From an uncultured Planctomycetia bacterium (GTDB lineage: Bacteria > Omnitrophota > Gorgyraeia > 2-02-FULL-51-18 > JAGOUK01): 64,000 nt of DNA. Shown piece by piece: positions 1 through 15,000 of this stretch. Positions within the stretch are counted from its first letter, which is position 1, and every line of letters begins with the position of its first letter. The DNA lies in the NCBI GenBank assembly GCA_964430735.1, contig CAYSFB010000002.1, forward strand, positions 94,027 through 158,026, read 5' to 3'. Position numbers and translations under genes: made by a program. Below the pieces are notes generated by a model. The model made no database searches, had not been told where the DNA came from, and saw only the letters and a list, made by a program, of their open reading frames with translations.

Positions 1-3000
1 GGTCCAATCCGAACGGATTCAATACGCCCTCGGCCATATCCGTGAGCCGCATCGTCGCCATCAAATACTGGACATCCCTGAACCTCAGTACTTCCAGCGC
101 GACTGTCACCAGGTCTTGAAGATGTCCGTCTGTAATGCGGGGCACTTCCTCGAGTTTTCGGGCGGTCAAGACCACGGGATAATCTATGCCTTCGGAAGGT
201 CCGATGAAATACGGGTCGTTCAGCACGTTTTCCACAAATTGACGGGCCAATGCCTCATCCCGCAGATCGTGGCCGGCACGAACGATCTCAAGCGCCGCTT
301 TCTCGATCGGGCGCTTGGCTCCGGAGCCCTCCCACTGCGCATAGTATTCGCCGCTCAACGCTTCGTCGCTGCTCAAAGAACGCAGCAAGGACTGTGACAG
401 TGACATCAACTCGCTTTGAGCGTACGTCATGAGACTCGCACGATCCCGACGCAGGCTGGTGGGGTATTTTTCGCTCCAATAGAACATTCCGCCTTCGTTC
501 ATATCCGCCAACCCCAAAAGACCCAAAAAGTAGAGCTCGGAAGCGAGGCGGTGGATGAAATGGTGGGCTGCTCCCGCGTCTTGAGCCGCGCCCTTTAACC
601 TCAGGATCAGCCGATGCATCCGGTACACCCGATCGCTGTAATAGCGGCCGAGCGACGCTCCCAGGTAGGGGTGATCCTCGCTCAGATAAGCCCGTCGCAT
701 CTCCATCAGGTAGCCTTGAAGTTTTTCCAGCTCGGCCGCCAATTGGGGGTCCCGGACCTTTTTGAGCGCTTGCTCCGGAGAGAGGAAAACGATCTGCCGG
801 ATCCCGCGCTCAGGCAGGTCCTCCCCGGTGTCCGGCAGCAGATCGAGACCGATTATCTCCTCTTCGATCTGAGAGTGATAAACGACGCTCTGGATGTGCA
901 GAAGCGTCCATTGATTCGATCCGGGGGATTTGAATTTGTTGTGGTCCAAGATATCGACGATGATTCCGATCCGACCCTTGATCTGAGCGGTGGCTTCGCT
1001 GATCCGCAGCAGCTCAGCCGTGGAAAAGCCTTCGGCTTTTCCACGTTCGCCCAGCCGGATGACCTCATCAAGATCATCGATCAAATACCGGCGGAGCCAG
1101 CCGCTCCACTCGGCGTCACCGATCCGCGCCGGAGGCGTCTTCGGATCGAGTCCCGAAGACTTTAGAGCCGCCGCGAGCATGTCCACCCCTTCTCCGGAAA
1201 CGTGCTTTTTTTGAATACGCGACATGGTCTCCAAGACACAGCTCTGCGCCTCGTCTCTTGCCGGTCCGGGCTTCAGCATATCCCCCAATACCCAGCTCGT
1301 TTCGCGGATGAATTTGCCATTTTCGACGATAAAATCCGCCAACGCCGTCTCGGCGCGGCTCACATCCGGACGGTCTGATAACAAGACTTGGGGCGTGTCT
1401 TTGCCGTCCGCATCCTCGGCCGCTTCGAACACCAGTTTTGCCGGGTCGATCACGATCGCGGAATCTTCGCCGCGCATGGCGTCGGAGAGATAGTACAAAA
1501 ACTGCCCAGCGGCCTCCGCGTCCTTCAAAACGAGAACGCCCGGTTCCGACGGATGCTGTTGGAAGCCCGCGGCCTTTAGCCAGTTGACGATCATGAAGCG
1601 TTCCGGATGAAGCCGGAGCTTCACCGAAAAGCCGTCGTTTTGAGCGGCCATGATCTCGGACGCCAACTGCCTCAAATAGGCCGGCAACGCCACGGAATAA
1701 TCCCGATCCCCGATCTCCTTGACGCCGGCGGCCATCCTCGCGCCAAGCTCCTTCGACCCGTCCCTCTTTGCGGATCCGGAACCGGGTTCGGTTTCCACGA
1801 TCAGAGCCGGCTCTTGCCGCCGGTTCTCGGTTAGTCGGATTGTCTTGGGACTGCGGTCTCTTTGCGCCAGCCGCGCGGCTTTTGTTGGCGCAAAATAAGA
1901 TAACCCGGTAATTTCATCGACGGCTTCTTCGGCGCGAGGGCCCACAGCGGACACGGTAAGCATCGCTCCTTGACCGGCTGCCAACAAACCTATTTCGGAC
2001 ATTTCTTTTGCATTCACCGATTGCCTGCCGTCATGCAGGCGTATTTCGGTGCCTTGATAAGCTCGTGCAATCGACGCAATCTCCAGGGAGGGATGAAGGT
2101 GAATGCCGCCATCCCTGATCACAGTCACCATTCTTTGGAAAGATGCGTTTGGATTTTTTTCCGGCTGAACTTCCGCCAGCCGCGCGCCGCGGGGTGATGC
2201 AAAAACACGGTCGGACCGGGAAATCACCAGCAATGGACGCTCTCCCCATCTGGCGGGTCCGACGGGTCTCACAAAAAAGCCTTTTTCCTTGAATCTCCAT
2301 TCAGGCGCCGGACCACGGATAAAGGCCGCCCCGTTCTCGCCCACGAGCTCCCCGAGCCCTTCGATGGCCTGTGGCCAAGTCGCAAGCCTTCTCCCGCCCC
2401 GTCGGAATTCACCTTCCAAAAAGTCGTCATTGAAGACAAAATCGGAATAGACGAGGCTGTAGGTTCCGGTCAGATTCCGGTCGTCCCAAAAAGGCTTGTG
2501 ATGCAGCTTGGTCCTGGACCGGATGTCGTCGCTTACGGCCGGATCAGCCTCCAACCGGCGCTTGATCTCCACGAGGTTGGACGGACTCAAGTCGATCACG
2601 GCTTCGCGGCGCATTTGAGGAAATTCCTGATGAAGCATCATAATCTCCTGGGTGTTGCGCCCGGGACCGATGATCAGGTTGTTGCCGGCGGCCATCGCCG
2701 ACCGCGCTTCAGGAGTCAGAAGCTCCAGGCCTTTTTGGAATTGCGTTGTTTTTTCCGCTAGACGGTCGGGCGTCAGTTCGTCCCCGGTCTCGATCCCGAG
2801 ATCCAGATCAGACGAATCCGCCAAAGCCTCGCGCGAGACGCGGATCCAGTAGGGATTCAGTCCTCCGACGATTTCGACAGACCCCTGACCTAAAAACGGT
2901 TCGAGGTCCACGTCCAGCCGGATTGCGTCCAATTCGTCCGCGGTCTTGGCATTTTGGATCCGGTCATAAAGCTCGTTCACCCGCACGCTGGCCAACGTAA

Positions 3001-6000
3001 CTTTGGGGATGAGCGCCTTCAGCGCGATCTCAACCGCCTTGAATTCCTTCAGATAACCAGGATCGAACTCTCCGCGCTCAGCTGCGGCGGCGGCGGCCTT
3101 CCACACACGCGCTTCCAGATGGTAATACTGCCGCCGGGAAACACTCCGATGATCTTCAACGCCAAAGTCGTTCATTTTTGATCCCAGCATCCGCATCGTG
3201 GCGGCGACCCCATCGAATTGCTCTTCCAAATAAACCGGGTTTGAGGCGCAATTTTCACGGGTCAGCCATTGATTCGCCACTTCACGCCAGAATCCGTCTT
3301 TGCCGTGATTCGCGAAGCCTCGGATGGTTTGAACAATTTCCTGCGATTTGGGATGAAGATAATCCGCAAACGCTTCGTTGAGTTGCACTTTTTTATCCAG
3401 CCATTTACGCCGGAACTCCTCATCCATTGCCATCCGCGCGCCGTCGGCTGTTGCGGGTCTTAAGTCAGCGTCAGAAAGGTCAGGATCGCCTGTCGGCGGA
3501 TCATTCCCGTCCCAGTCCCATCCGCCTGAATTATCGCCATCGGAGTCTTCCTGATGAAAATGCAAAAGTCCGTCCCAGGCCTTCTGATAGGCGTCACCTT
3601 GTAGGATCGATCGAAAGGGGCCGATGACGGCGGACCGCTTCAAGTCGATTCCGAATTCAGGAAGCTCAAGCGCCTCGATAAGGTCATGACGATCTTTGTC
3701 AAAACCGTTGATTCCGGAATCGACACGGAGCGCTATCGTCCGATGTCTTCGTTCGGATGGAATGCTCTCGAATTCCAGAACCAGAGAGTCCGCTCTGGAG
3801 GATCGGTCCGTATCCGACCCGATGAGCGGGCCAAGAACGACCGTGGGCGGAAACTTGTGCTTCGCGAGCTGATCGTGCAGCTGACGCGCAGCCGCCTGCG
3901 TCCTGAGCTCCCCGCGCAAACGATGATCGTCGGGCGCATAAAAGATGAATTTAAAGCCCTGTTGCCGCAATTCTGACAATAGGCCGAGCGTCTCAGACTT
4001 GATCTCCTTCAAATCGCTCTTAGAGGGCCTCTCATCCGCATAATCAACGTTGACCCATGTGCTGGCATCACGCGATATCACAGAAAAATCCCCACCCTCC
4101 AGAATTTTGTCCAAATGCGGCAGGGCGCGCGGAGGCAGCGGAAGCGCGCAGTATTCCAGCAATCCTTTTCGCCGAAGCTCCTTCAATTGCTCGAGGACCT
4201 TTTCTGCCAAACCGGCGCCGAACCAATCCAGGTCCAGCATCAGCACCTCGCCCTCACGATTCAAAAGGGACTCCAGGTAATCCGCCGGTTTTTTTCCGAA
4301 TTTTTTCACATCGGCTCTCACGTTTATCCGAAAAGCGATCTGCTCCGGGTCCAAGGAACTTCGGTCTTTCCCGGATTCCGGATCGGGACGGCGGGAAGGC
4401 GTGGACAGCGCCAGGTCCGCCCGGCCTTGGTTGATTTTTTGATAAAGTTCCTGGGCGGCTGGAAAATTGGGGTTGTCTAAAAGATTCTTCCACCGCGTGT
4501 CAAAAGCCATGCTTCGTTGGATCGTGAAGGCTGCCTGATCAATCTTGTGGAGCCGGGCGGCAAGATCAAGCTGACGTTCGATTTCTTTTAGAAGTGCGGC
4601 CGGATTTCCTAAGGATGAGAGTGACTGCAGATCGTCCTCCCTCAGCGCGTCTTCCCTGCCTGCTGTCGCCACTCTTTGGATAAAATGAAGGTAAGACCTC
4701 ATTCCGTGCGTCGGCTTCCGCGCCTCGCGCATGGAATCCATAACCGCACCACCGACCAAATACAGGCCTTCCAGGACATTCTCGGACTGACGCAGGTCGA
4801 GCCAATCAAATCGCGCAGAGAACGTGTGTCGTATCAAGGCGAGCATGAACTGGTCGATGTCATCCCGCTCAATTCCGGCGGGGGCCGCACTCTCTTTTGC
4901 AATGATCCCAAAGACCCATTCGCGCACCGCGTCGATCTGATACCCGTATTCGACGAGCCATCGAAAGGCGGCTCTTTGGATGTCCGCATCGTCGGTCTGG
5001 TCATACACGGCCATGGTTCTGGTCAAAATATCCTCCGGAACGCTTTGGATCGGATCGGCAAGCTCGCGGATCGCAGCGATCGCGATTTGTTTCCGCTCAG
5101 AGTCCGTATCGGACGATTCCAAAATGCTCAGATGGTAACGGATCTGCTGCTCGACATTCGCCGCCAGCCGCGCACCGTCAGGTTCCGAATGCCGCGCCAG
5201 CTGGGAAGAAATTGTAGAATCGTACGCGTTTCGGATCGCGATCGCGTGGTCAAACGTGTCCTGCGAACCCTTGAGCAGCCCCAGAAACGCGTCGAAGCTC
5301 CAGTCCACGAATTTAAAACTGTCGCGGAGTTTTTTGGCGACCTTCTGATTGATGCCGAAGATCGTGTCCCGTCCGAGCGGAGCGAGATACGGATATTCCT
5401 GCGCGAAGTCGGCGGAACGGCCGTGGGTTACGAGAACATCCAGATCCGACTGCCACCAGCGCAGAAGGAAAAAAAGCTCCTGCAGGGATAGCGTGCGTTC
5501 GATCGAAAGGGGGCTGTACCAAAAATCGTCGGGATGCGCGGCGATCCACGGCCGGTAGACGTTCTGCCAGAGCGCGAGCTGGCTGCTCATAGACAGTCTC
5601 GGAAAGTTCCCGGGCTGGGCGTGATCGAACTTCAGCCATTCCCCGTCTTCGGTGAGTTTGCGCCGGATCAACCCCTCTTCCAGCCGCGCCTCGGCTACCT
5701 CCACGTGCGGCTGACTCTCCGGCGACAGCCACTCGTAGATGGAAAAGATCGCCGCGGCACGGGCGTGCGCGATGCGACCTTCCCGGTCATAGCCGGGGTT
5801 CTTTGCCTGGTGGGCCTTCAGGATCGTTTCGGTGTCATAGGGTGAAGGCAGGCGGAGCGTCGTAATAAAATCCAGCACTTGCCCCATCTCCACCGCGGTG
5901 TCTGAATCGGCTGTCCACTCGCGCGCCATCGACCGGCGAACAGCGGGATTTGTATCAAAGATCCCCTCATACACCTCTTTACGCGATCCGATGTCCGCCA

Positions 6001-9000
6001 GCCGCGCGCCGGAAGCGGATAGGGCCGGAAGTCCGGATTCGATCAGAAGGGACTGGAGCGCTTCTTCCTGCCGGGCCGCTGCGGTCACACCGGAGAGGGT
6101 TTCCCGATGCTGCTGGTAGAACCGCCTGCTTGCTGCTTCGCCGGCAGCGACCGCGTCGAGCGTCAAGTCGGGGCTTTGCACGTCCCGCAAAACAGCAACA
6201 AGATATTGTTCCGTGAACATGAAGGGTCTTTCGATCAAAAATCCTCGGTCTTCCTCAGGAAGTGCACGCCAGGCGGAGCGCACCAGCGAACGGACATCCG
6301 TTCCGCTGGACTCTGTCAATTCGTCCAAGAGGTCCCGAAGCTCGGGCTTACGGGGCCGCGCATCAGCACCCGCCGATTCAGGAAACACCAACGCATTCAA
6401 CAGCCATCTCTGGCGCCTGCGGTACGACACCTCTTCAGAGGCGGTGCGCATCTTGTTTTGTAGCCGGGCAAGCGCCGGGAGGGAACGTGAGAGAAAAAGC
6501 TTTATTCCGATCAGGTCTTCGTCATCAAAGCCCGTGCGATTATTCCGAAGGTGGGGACCAAAAAACGCGGCTCTCCAAGCGAGCGTTTCGTCCGAAGCCA
6601 CGGCAGCGAGCGTGCGCAATCTTTGTTCATAAAGCTGCTGACCGTCGATGTGGTACATCGTATGGAATGCCAGCCAGCGGTCGGCCGTGCCCAATTGTCT
6701 GGCCCAAGGACTTCCGGTGGACCGGAGATCCGGGATGACTTGGGCGTCAACCCGGAGCATCCACGCGGCGATCCTGTCCGCATCCCCGCTGTCCAAAATT
6801 GATTCCGCCTGGAAAAAAAGTTCGCGTTCCGAGGGATTCAACAGCAGGTAAGATTTTTCTGCGGGCGCTTGTTTAAGCTGATGGGTCATGTAGGCGCTTC
6901 TGTCAGATGCCCCTTCCGCAGTACGGTCTTTGGCTACCGACAGCCGCGCCGCGGATATCCGCGGAAACGGCGATTTTAGATGACCAGAGTCAAAAATCGC
7001 CATATGGTTTTTGTCGTCGGGCAGTCGGCGCACGTCGACCCGCATCGGGTAGGATGCGGACTGAAGCAGACGTGTCGGGATGTCGTTGTCGATGATGCTG
7101 AGAAGCCCCGCTCCGAAGCGGGCCCGGGTTCCGGTGAGATCGATGTGACGGAAAACGCCGTCCTCGTCCGGGTAAGAGAGGAAGTGGATGGTTTCGCAGT
7201 ATGCGGCGAGGCGCGGAATGGCCTTTCGCAGGGCTTCGGCGTCTTTCAGATCGACCCGGACGACCAATGGGTCGTTGAATCGCTCCATGATCCAAACCGC
7301 CAAATGGCGCAGCCCGGCAACCGCCAAATATAGAGGAGACAAAAACACCCATGCAGCCATCCGCGCGCCGGAATCATCCGCCCCGTCTCCATGTGACGAT
7401 TTGGGACCGGGAGCGGGTTTGGTTTTCGCGGCTTCCGTCGCGATGCGGGTGATTTTGGAACTCACGAACCACACCCAGACAGCCGAGGCGACCGAGGTGA
7501 CTGCAAAGAAATTCCACGGGTTATCCGATCCGTAAGCCAGGCGCGTCACGGGATACCAGTAACAAAAATTGTATGGCAGCATCTCGAGCACCATGCGGAC
7601 CTGCGGATTTCGAACGAACCCGGTCAGGCCTTGCTGCCGCAGTTCGCGCCAGAGATTGATTTTTTCTCCGAACACGAACGCCATCGTCAAACTGAGGGGG
7701 GTGTGCACCAAATTCGCGGCGATGCCGATATCAAAAGCCGATCGATGCGCCGCGTCTGGAATGGCCTTCAGCACGAACGGCAGCCAGACAGTGTATTGAT
7801 GAAACGATCCGATGAGGCCCGAACTGAGCGCCCATCCCCATGCGCTGGAAACGCGATCCGCAATCGAGCCCTCCTCTCTCATTGTTTTGGCGACAAAAAT
7901 GGTGACGAACACCGTGCATACGCGGGCCAGCGCCCGTCCGAGGTTTTGCAGGTTCATGTGATCCAACCCGAACGCGAACATCAGCCCGATCGGCGCACCC
8001 ACGATCGCCACCTGCTTCCACTTGTTGGGGTATTGACTGGCAAAAATAATCAATGCGAGGAGCGACCACCCCTTGAGCATGGTGGGAATGCCATTGCTCC
8101 AACCCCAGGCATACTCCCAATAGACTTGCGGACTCAAACTACTCAAGGCAACTACGGACATATACGCGATGCCGACCCACCCGGTCAGTTTCAGCGCCTC
8201 ATTCAAAAAGTGCCTGACGGATTTTTGATGCGACATTCGCGCGCCCACGGGGCTTGAGGAGGAAGTCAGGTCGGGGTTGAACCAGTCGAAGGAGCGGTTC
8301 CGCTGCGGTTGGAGCCAATCGGACAAAAAGCCTTCGAGCCATGGAAAACGGCGCGTTCTCTTTCTGGAAATATCGATATCATAGTTCTGCAGTGTGCCGT
8401 CCGGAACTGTCGTCACCGACAAGCCACCCGCATAATCGCCCCCATCTCGCGGCCCGGACGGATCCCGGATCACCTCAATTCGGTAATACCTATCCACGGC
8501 TCTTTCGGATCCATGCCCGCCCTCATCCGTTTGCAGCCGGATCATATAAGGAACGCCGTTGGCCGTATATTTGAGGCAGATCACCTCAGGGGTTCCCTCG
8601 GGCGCAAACCGCGTGACAAAGTAGAGATCCGGTCGATCAAGAGCCTGATGAAACGCATCCGGTTCCTCGAGGTTCCATCCTTCAAGAGCCAGGGCGAGCC
8701 GCAGCAACGGATACGCGACTCCCCAAACCGCCGGGCGATCGCTCTCTCCGGGTTCAAGGCGGATCCGAGCGGTGCGTTCCGGCCCTGCAAGAAGCTCGAG
8801 ATAACCGATCTTCCGAACGCCCTCCCCGCCCCTCACCTGAACGGATCCGTCATCCGTCACCAGGAGCCGGGTTCTTGAGGCCGTCTCCTGAGAGCGTGAG
8901 CCCGGATGCGTCGGGATGAAGCGCGGATGATCGTCAAAGAATTGTGCGACCGAAGCGATCGCAAGCGCACCCGCGCGGTCGTGATTCGTTTGTATTGGAA

Positions 9001-12000
9001 AAAGCGTGTCCAATCCGGCATGCGGCGAGCCCTCTTGATCGATGTCCAGCATCTCGACCGCAGGGACTTGCGCTTCGCCGGCCGGCCGCACGGAGGCATC
9101 CAGCCGATCCAAAATTTTTTGAATCACGGCAGTCCGGTATTTCTTTTCGAAAAAATGCCCCATCCCTTTGACGATGGTGAGCGATGCAGGGGCATGCAGG
9201 TTGATAAAGCGTGCATACATCGCGTAAAAAATCGCGAGGATCGGCCCGCCCAAAAACATGAGATTGTCCATTTGGCCGACGACGTAATGATGGGGAATCT
9301 CCTGCATAAAGGAGATGTCGAACGGATCGTTCACCCATTCCCCGGTCTGTGCAAACCAGGGCTTAAAACCCTGCCACTTGCCGATCGGCGCACGAGCCGC
9401 GGTTCTCCATTCACGCCACTTTTGCTCAAGACGATAATCCGGAACCGCCGCAGCAATGGACCGCGCAAATGCGCCGTTACGGATAATCTGAAGAAGCGCT
9501 CGGGACGGATCAAGGGGTGAGGCCATGCCGAACACGGCCCCGATCTTCAATCCGGCGAATCTCGGATCGTTGCCGCCGGCTGCCAGCGAGGCGATGCGCT
9601 CTACCGTCCAGCCTCCGTAACTATGGCCGAACCAGAAGGTTCGCTCAAGATCCATTCGAGGATACATGCCGGGCTGTGCGGTTCGAAGCGATGATAGGAT
9701 TCGGTGCAGATCGTCGATCGAATCGCCCCACGTGAAAGTGGAGACATCTCCGCTGCTGGCGTTGCGGTTATCGGCGGAGGCGCGCGTGGTTTCGTCCCAA
9801 ACCCTGCCGCGATGTCCTCGAAGATCGGGCCGAACCACGGCAAAGCCGCGGCCGGCGACCGCCCGGGCAAGTTCGGCAATCAGGGGTTCGGAGGCGCTGC
9901 TTTGCCACCCATGGACGATAAAGGCCGTCGGAAACGGTCCCTCGCCGTCCGGGTAATCAACATAAAAAACGATTCTTTCGTCCGGTTTGCCGGTGAGCGG
10001 AAAAGACAGCTCATATGCCGCCTCCCACAGATCGCCGACACGCTGCGGCTCCCTGAGCCGGCGCAGACTCTGACGATTTCCCCGCGACTCACGATCCATC
10101 CCCAGACGCAGAGCCCCGACTTCCAACGGATCAACGTTGACGGCTCCGGATCCGGTCGGCTGGACAAAGTTCGATAAGTCGGGCCGCGCATCCAGGCCTC
10201 CCGCGAACCGGCGGTCGGCCAAACCTCCGGTCAATGCATCGATCTCATCCAGCAGGATCTCCGCACGTGACGCAAGCCCTATGGCTGCTCCGGCGCCGGA
10301 GGCGGACGATTGAATAAGCTGCTCATACAGGTCTTCGAGTGATTCTCCCTCCACATAGCGCATCCAAATCGCAGGCGCCGTTTCGCCGGCCCCGGTCCGG
10401 ACTTCAATCACCCCGAGCATTTCGACGACATCCAGCCCATGTCGTTTCAGGCCTCCATTGACCTCAACGACGCGGTCCAAAACCCGGGTCGTGACGCCCG
10501 GTATTTGGTCAAAAATCTTGATCGCCAGCCCTTTCGCGTGATTCACATACACGCTTCCCTGTGCGCCCGAGTCGTGATACGCATACGGTTCCCCTTCGAA
10601 ATACACCGTCGCCACACTCCCCCGCCCGCGATCCGATGCCGCCATCCGGGCGCCGTCCTGACCTTCCTCCGGCAGCAATTCACCGGGCTGCTTCTCGAGC
10701 GGCCAGTAGTCCGGCTGGCCGGAGAGTTTGATAAAGGTCCGGCTGTCCTTGGCGAGCTGCAGTTCCAGCATCGTGCCTTCGGGCCCTCTACGCAGCCAGA
10801 CATCCACGCCCGAAGCCGCGTCTCCCCTCAGAAGAAAATCTCCCAACTCGAGATCATTGATGCCGGGAGCCAGATAGATGCCGTTTATCTTGTAGACTTC
10901 GATCAAATGCCGGATATAGGCATAGAATTTTCTATCCGCTTCGTCGAGCCACGGCAACGAAAACCAGGACAGCGTGCTCATCGTAGGCCCCCCGTCTGGA
11001 AGCTTCTCCCGGCCTTCGGGTCCGTAGAACCGGCTGATCCCCATTTTTTCCAAGGCTCTGACCACCTTCGTCATCGGCTCCTTCCGCCGCTCCCAGGACC
11101 AGTCGCTGTTTTTGTCGTGGCTCCACGACCAGGCCATCCGCGCGCCTGATGCCGGCTTCGCATTCCTGCGGAATACGGCAGCAGCGGTCGGGGCTTGAAC
11201 ATTCACGCCCATGAAGTTGAATCTGCTGAACGTGCTGCCCGAGCCGGCCACGGCACGAAGCGACGATTCCAGCGCCTCCTTTTCCTCCCGCGAAAGCCAT
11301 TCGTCGTACAGCGTGTATTCCCCTCCCTCCGTCAGAACGCGCCGAGCGACATCGAGGTCGGCGGCATCCGAGACGATAATTTGGGCCGGACGCAGCAACC
11401 GGACGGCCTGTTTCAGGTAATTTCCCAAATCTGCGTCCGCTTTAGCCTGCTCCCTAAAACCAAAAACGTAGGACCTCAGCCCTTTAATGAGGAGAGTCAA
11501 GCTATCCGCGGAATTGACGTTCGCCAAACTCCTGGCTTTGGCATACATTCGGTCATCCAAAATATCGCCTTTGACATAACTCATGCGGACCCGGTCGTAC
11601 GGAAGGCCCAGCATGCCGGCGGCGGCTGCGCGCGAAGAGTGCTCGAGAAAATCGATCCGTTCGTCGCTTCGGGTGATCGCGACTGTCGGAGCGTATAAGC
11701 CGATATACCCGTCATATCCCGCTGCAGGATAAATGACCGTCTGCCCGTCCAGGAGGCCGCGTGAATCCAGGAGCCCGAAGTACGCCGCGGAATATCGGGC
11801 GACGGAACCGTCCTTCGAACCCGGCGCCTTCGGATCGCCCCCGCTGATCCCGCGCATGAGGACAGTCCAGGGGTCTTCGAGACCCGCCAGCCGCGCGCCA
11901 TATACCTTCCGGCCGTCCGGAAGATTGGCGAGGATATGAACCGGTCGGGGGTTGTCCCCGGCCTGTGTCCGACGGATCTCGACCTTGCCCCCGCCGAGAT

Positions 12001-15000
12001 CGTCGATCTCGATCTTTCCGAAATAAACGTTGGAATGGACCTGGGACATCACCCGGCCGTTGATCCGAATTAACGGCTCCGTCCCCCCGTCCATTTGAAC
12101 GACGATCCTGGGCGGCTGGCCAGCCTCGATCGTGACCGGATAAATGTTATCCAGCTCCCGCATTTGGACGTAAGGCCTACCGGTGTAAGAAGTCTTGTCG
12201 GCGGGCCCGTCGTCCAAAGCAAGGACAAAAGACTGGGAACCGCTGATGATGCGCGTCGAATGACCGGGCAGAAGATCCAAAACAACCGGCTGCCAGGGGA
12301 CCAGCTGGGCCAATCGGCTCCCCTCGATCAACCCCTCGGCCTCCAGTTCTTTTAAAAACCGCCGGACCTGTTCGTAGTGCTCCCAATACTCGGGAGAAGG
12401 CGCCCATCCTGAATCGGCGTCCTGAGGGTAGATATCCAACAGGTTGTACAGATACTCTTCGGCCCTGTCGCCCGGACGCAGCGGACGGACGCTGCCGGTG
12501 TCCAGCAGGATATAGCGGTCCGGATTCTGCAGTCGGTAACCGAGCTGCTTCAGGGAAAAAATATCAGCAAAGATATATCCTTTACGAAGCAATTCTTTGA
12601 ACAGCCGGAAATATGCCGGATAATCCATGCGACGCACCAGTCGGTGCCGCTTCTGCAGGATCACGTACGGAAATTCATCCGAGATCATTTCCCGCATACC
12701 GTCGGACAACGACGCGATGTCCTCCGCGCTCAAAGGAATCAAAATGGGCTCCGTCGTGCTTCCCCGCAGCTCGGGGTTCTGCGCGGTCAACGCCCCTTCG
12801 AGCACGTCGCGGATGATGTCCTGGTGGGTCTGTTTGATTCTGACCCAGCCCTGATAGAGGGGGTGAGTACGCTTGGGTACGATTTTGAGGACCAGATCGG
12901 GATAAGTCATGCTTTTCAGAACGAACACCTGCGTGCCGACATTCGCGGATTCAAAAATCTTCCAGTCCGCGGACAGGATTTTTTTCAAAATGGCTGTCCG
13001 CTCGTGCGGCCAATCCGCCATCAGCAGCTGCCCGTCCAAATATCGCTCGAGATACAGAACCGCGTCATCCAGCGCCGCGTGTCGCATTCGTTCGTCTTCC
13101 GACAATCCCGAGAGTGCCGTGCGGATGTTCTCCAACGTCTGAACGTCCGTCAGTTCCAGATGCCCGGCTTTGATCCGGATCTTTTCCAGTCCGTCCAAAA
13201 TCCGGAATCGGGCCGCTTCTCCGTAGCGTGCGGCCAATGAATCGACCTGCTGGGCGACAACTGCGTCCTCCGCCAGCCGCGCGCCCTGCCCCGCGCGGAG
13301 ACGCTGCTTCAGCCGCTCATATCCGTCCAAGGCCGGCTGGCGCGACGGGCGTTCCAGAAGTCTAAAATAATCGGCTGCGATCGGTCCGCCGATGACCAGG
13401 TCGTTCAAATCCGCCGCCGTCGAGGTTGCGGCCTCGGTCCGGTGCATCAGGTACAGGATCGACTCAGAAACAGACCACTCCACGGCCCACCGATAGGGTT
13501 CCGGCAACGCTGAAGGCGATAACGATTCGACGACCGCGACCGCTTCACCCAAATACGCGCGCGCCGGGATCCCCGCTTGCTCGGCTCCCGACAGGAGCGG
13601 CTCCCATGCGTCAACACCGGCGAGCGGGTGGATCAGCATCTGCGCGCGCTGCGAAACGTCCCGTCGTTTCGCCCACTGCGGCCAGTGCGCAAGCAGCCGT
13701 TTATAAAACAATCCGACACCCCAGGCCTCGGCTTCGCCATCCCGCGGCGACTTGCCGCGAAGCGCCATTCCCGAAAGTGCGGTCCGAAGCAGGAGGGTGT
13801 CGTCGTCTGCGATCTCGTTCAAGGCCGCAAAACGCTTCTTGAGCATCTCCGCCGGCATGGGATAGGTCGTGTGGAACAGCCACCACCGCGCGGCGCTCGG
13901 AAGTGATTCGTACGCGGCGCCTTCGGGACGTAATTTTTGAATGACGTCATCGACGAGCTTCATCCGTACGCGGACGAACTCGATCCGCTCCGGGTCCGTC
14001 ACGTTGTAACCGGCCGGATCCGAACCGTCGAGCCGGATCGCGCTCGAGGCGATATTGAGGAGGATTTCCGTCAGGTCAAAAAGCTTTTTGCCTCCGGCTC
14101 CGCGGCTCGAAAACACCGCATCCCACTCGACCACCGTGTCGATCTTGCCGAAGGGCAGGTCGTCGAAGTGCGCCGAGCCGAGGGTGAGTTTTTTCCTGGC
14201 CCAGGACCATTTCTGGGCTGTCGTTTCGCCGGCAAGTACCTTGGTTCCGGAAAGCTCGAGCGTGCGGCGCAGAATATCGTCCAGCACCGGGTCGGCTTCC
14301 TGCTCGAGTTTTTCCAGCCGCGTCTGACCGACGCCCGGGTGCCGCGGAGCGCCGGTAAACTCCAATGCGATCTGGTCCAGCAGCCCGTAAATGCGCTGCT
14401 CGACCAGGGTCAGGATCTCGTAATCGTCCCTTTCCGAGTCGCCGGCGTCTCCGGTATCGCTGTCCTGCGTTCGCAGAACCTCGAGCTGGCGCCGGATCGT
14501 AAACCCGATCCATTGATGAAAGGCGTCTCCGGCCAGGTCAGCAAAGATCTTTTTTTCCTCCCGGACAGAGATCTTTTCGTTCGTATGGGAAACGACCCAG
14601 CCTCGGGCGTCCAACGTCGGGATTTGAACCTTCATATAGCCGTTTTTCATCGCCGTCAGGATGTCCAGGAACGCTTCGTACCGGCCGGTTCTCAGAAGGT
14701 TCTTTAAAAAGCGCAGGAACCGCTCCGGGATCAGAAGCCCCGTGTCCACCACCGGAAGCAGGGACAAAAACTGTCCGCTCCAGCCGTTGATCCGGTACAC
14801 CAGATCGAATTCGCCCAACGCCATCGCCCGGTGCGTCAGCCGCAGCAGTCCCGTCTGATATTCGATGATGCGTTCCCGAAGCTTGCGGAAGAGCATCCTC
14901 CGTCTTTCGAATGCGGGATCTTTTTTCGAAGCAGACGCGTACTGCTCTTCATGCTGGATGCGGTCGATCATTCCGTCCGGCGTCCGGGGGGCGTGACGGG

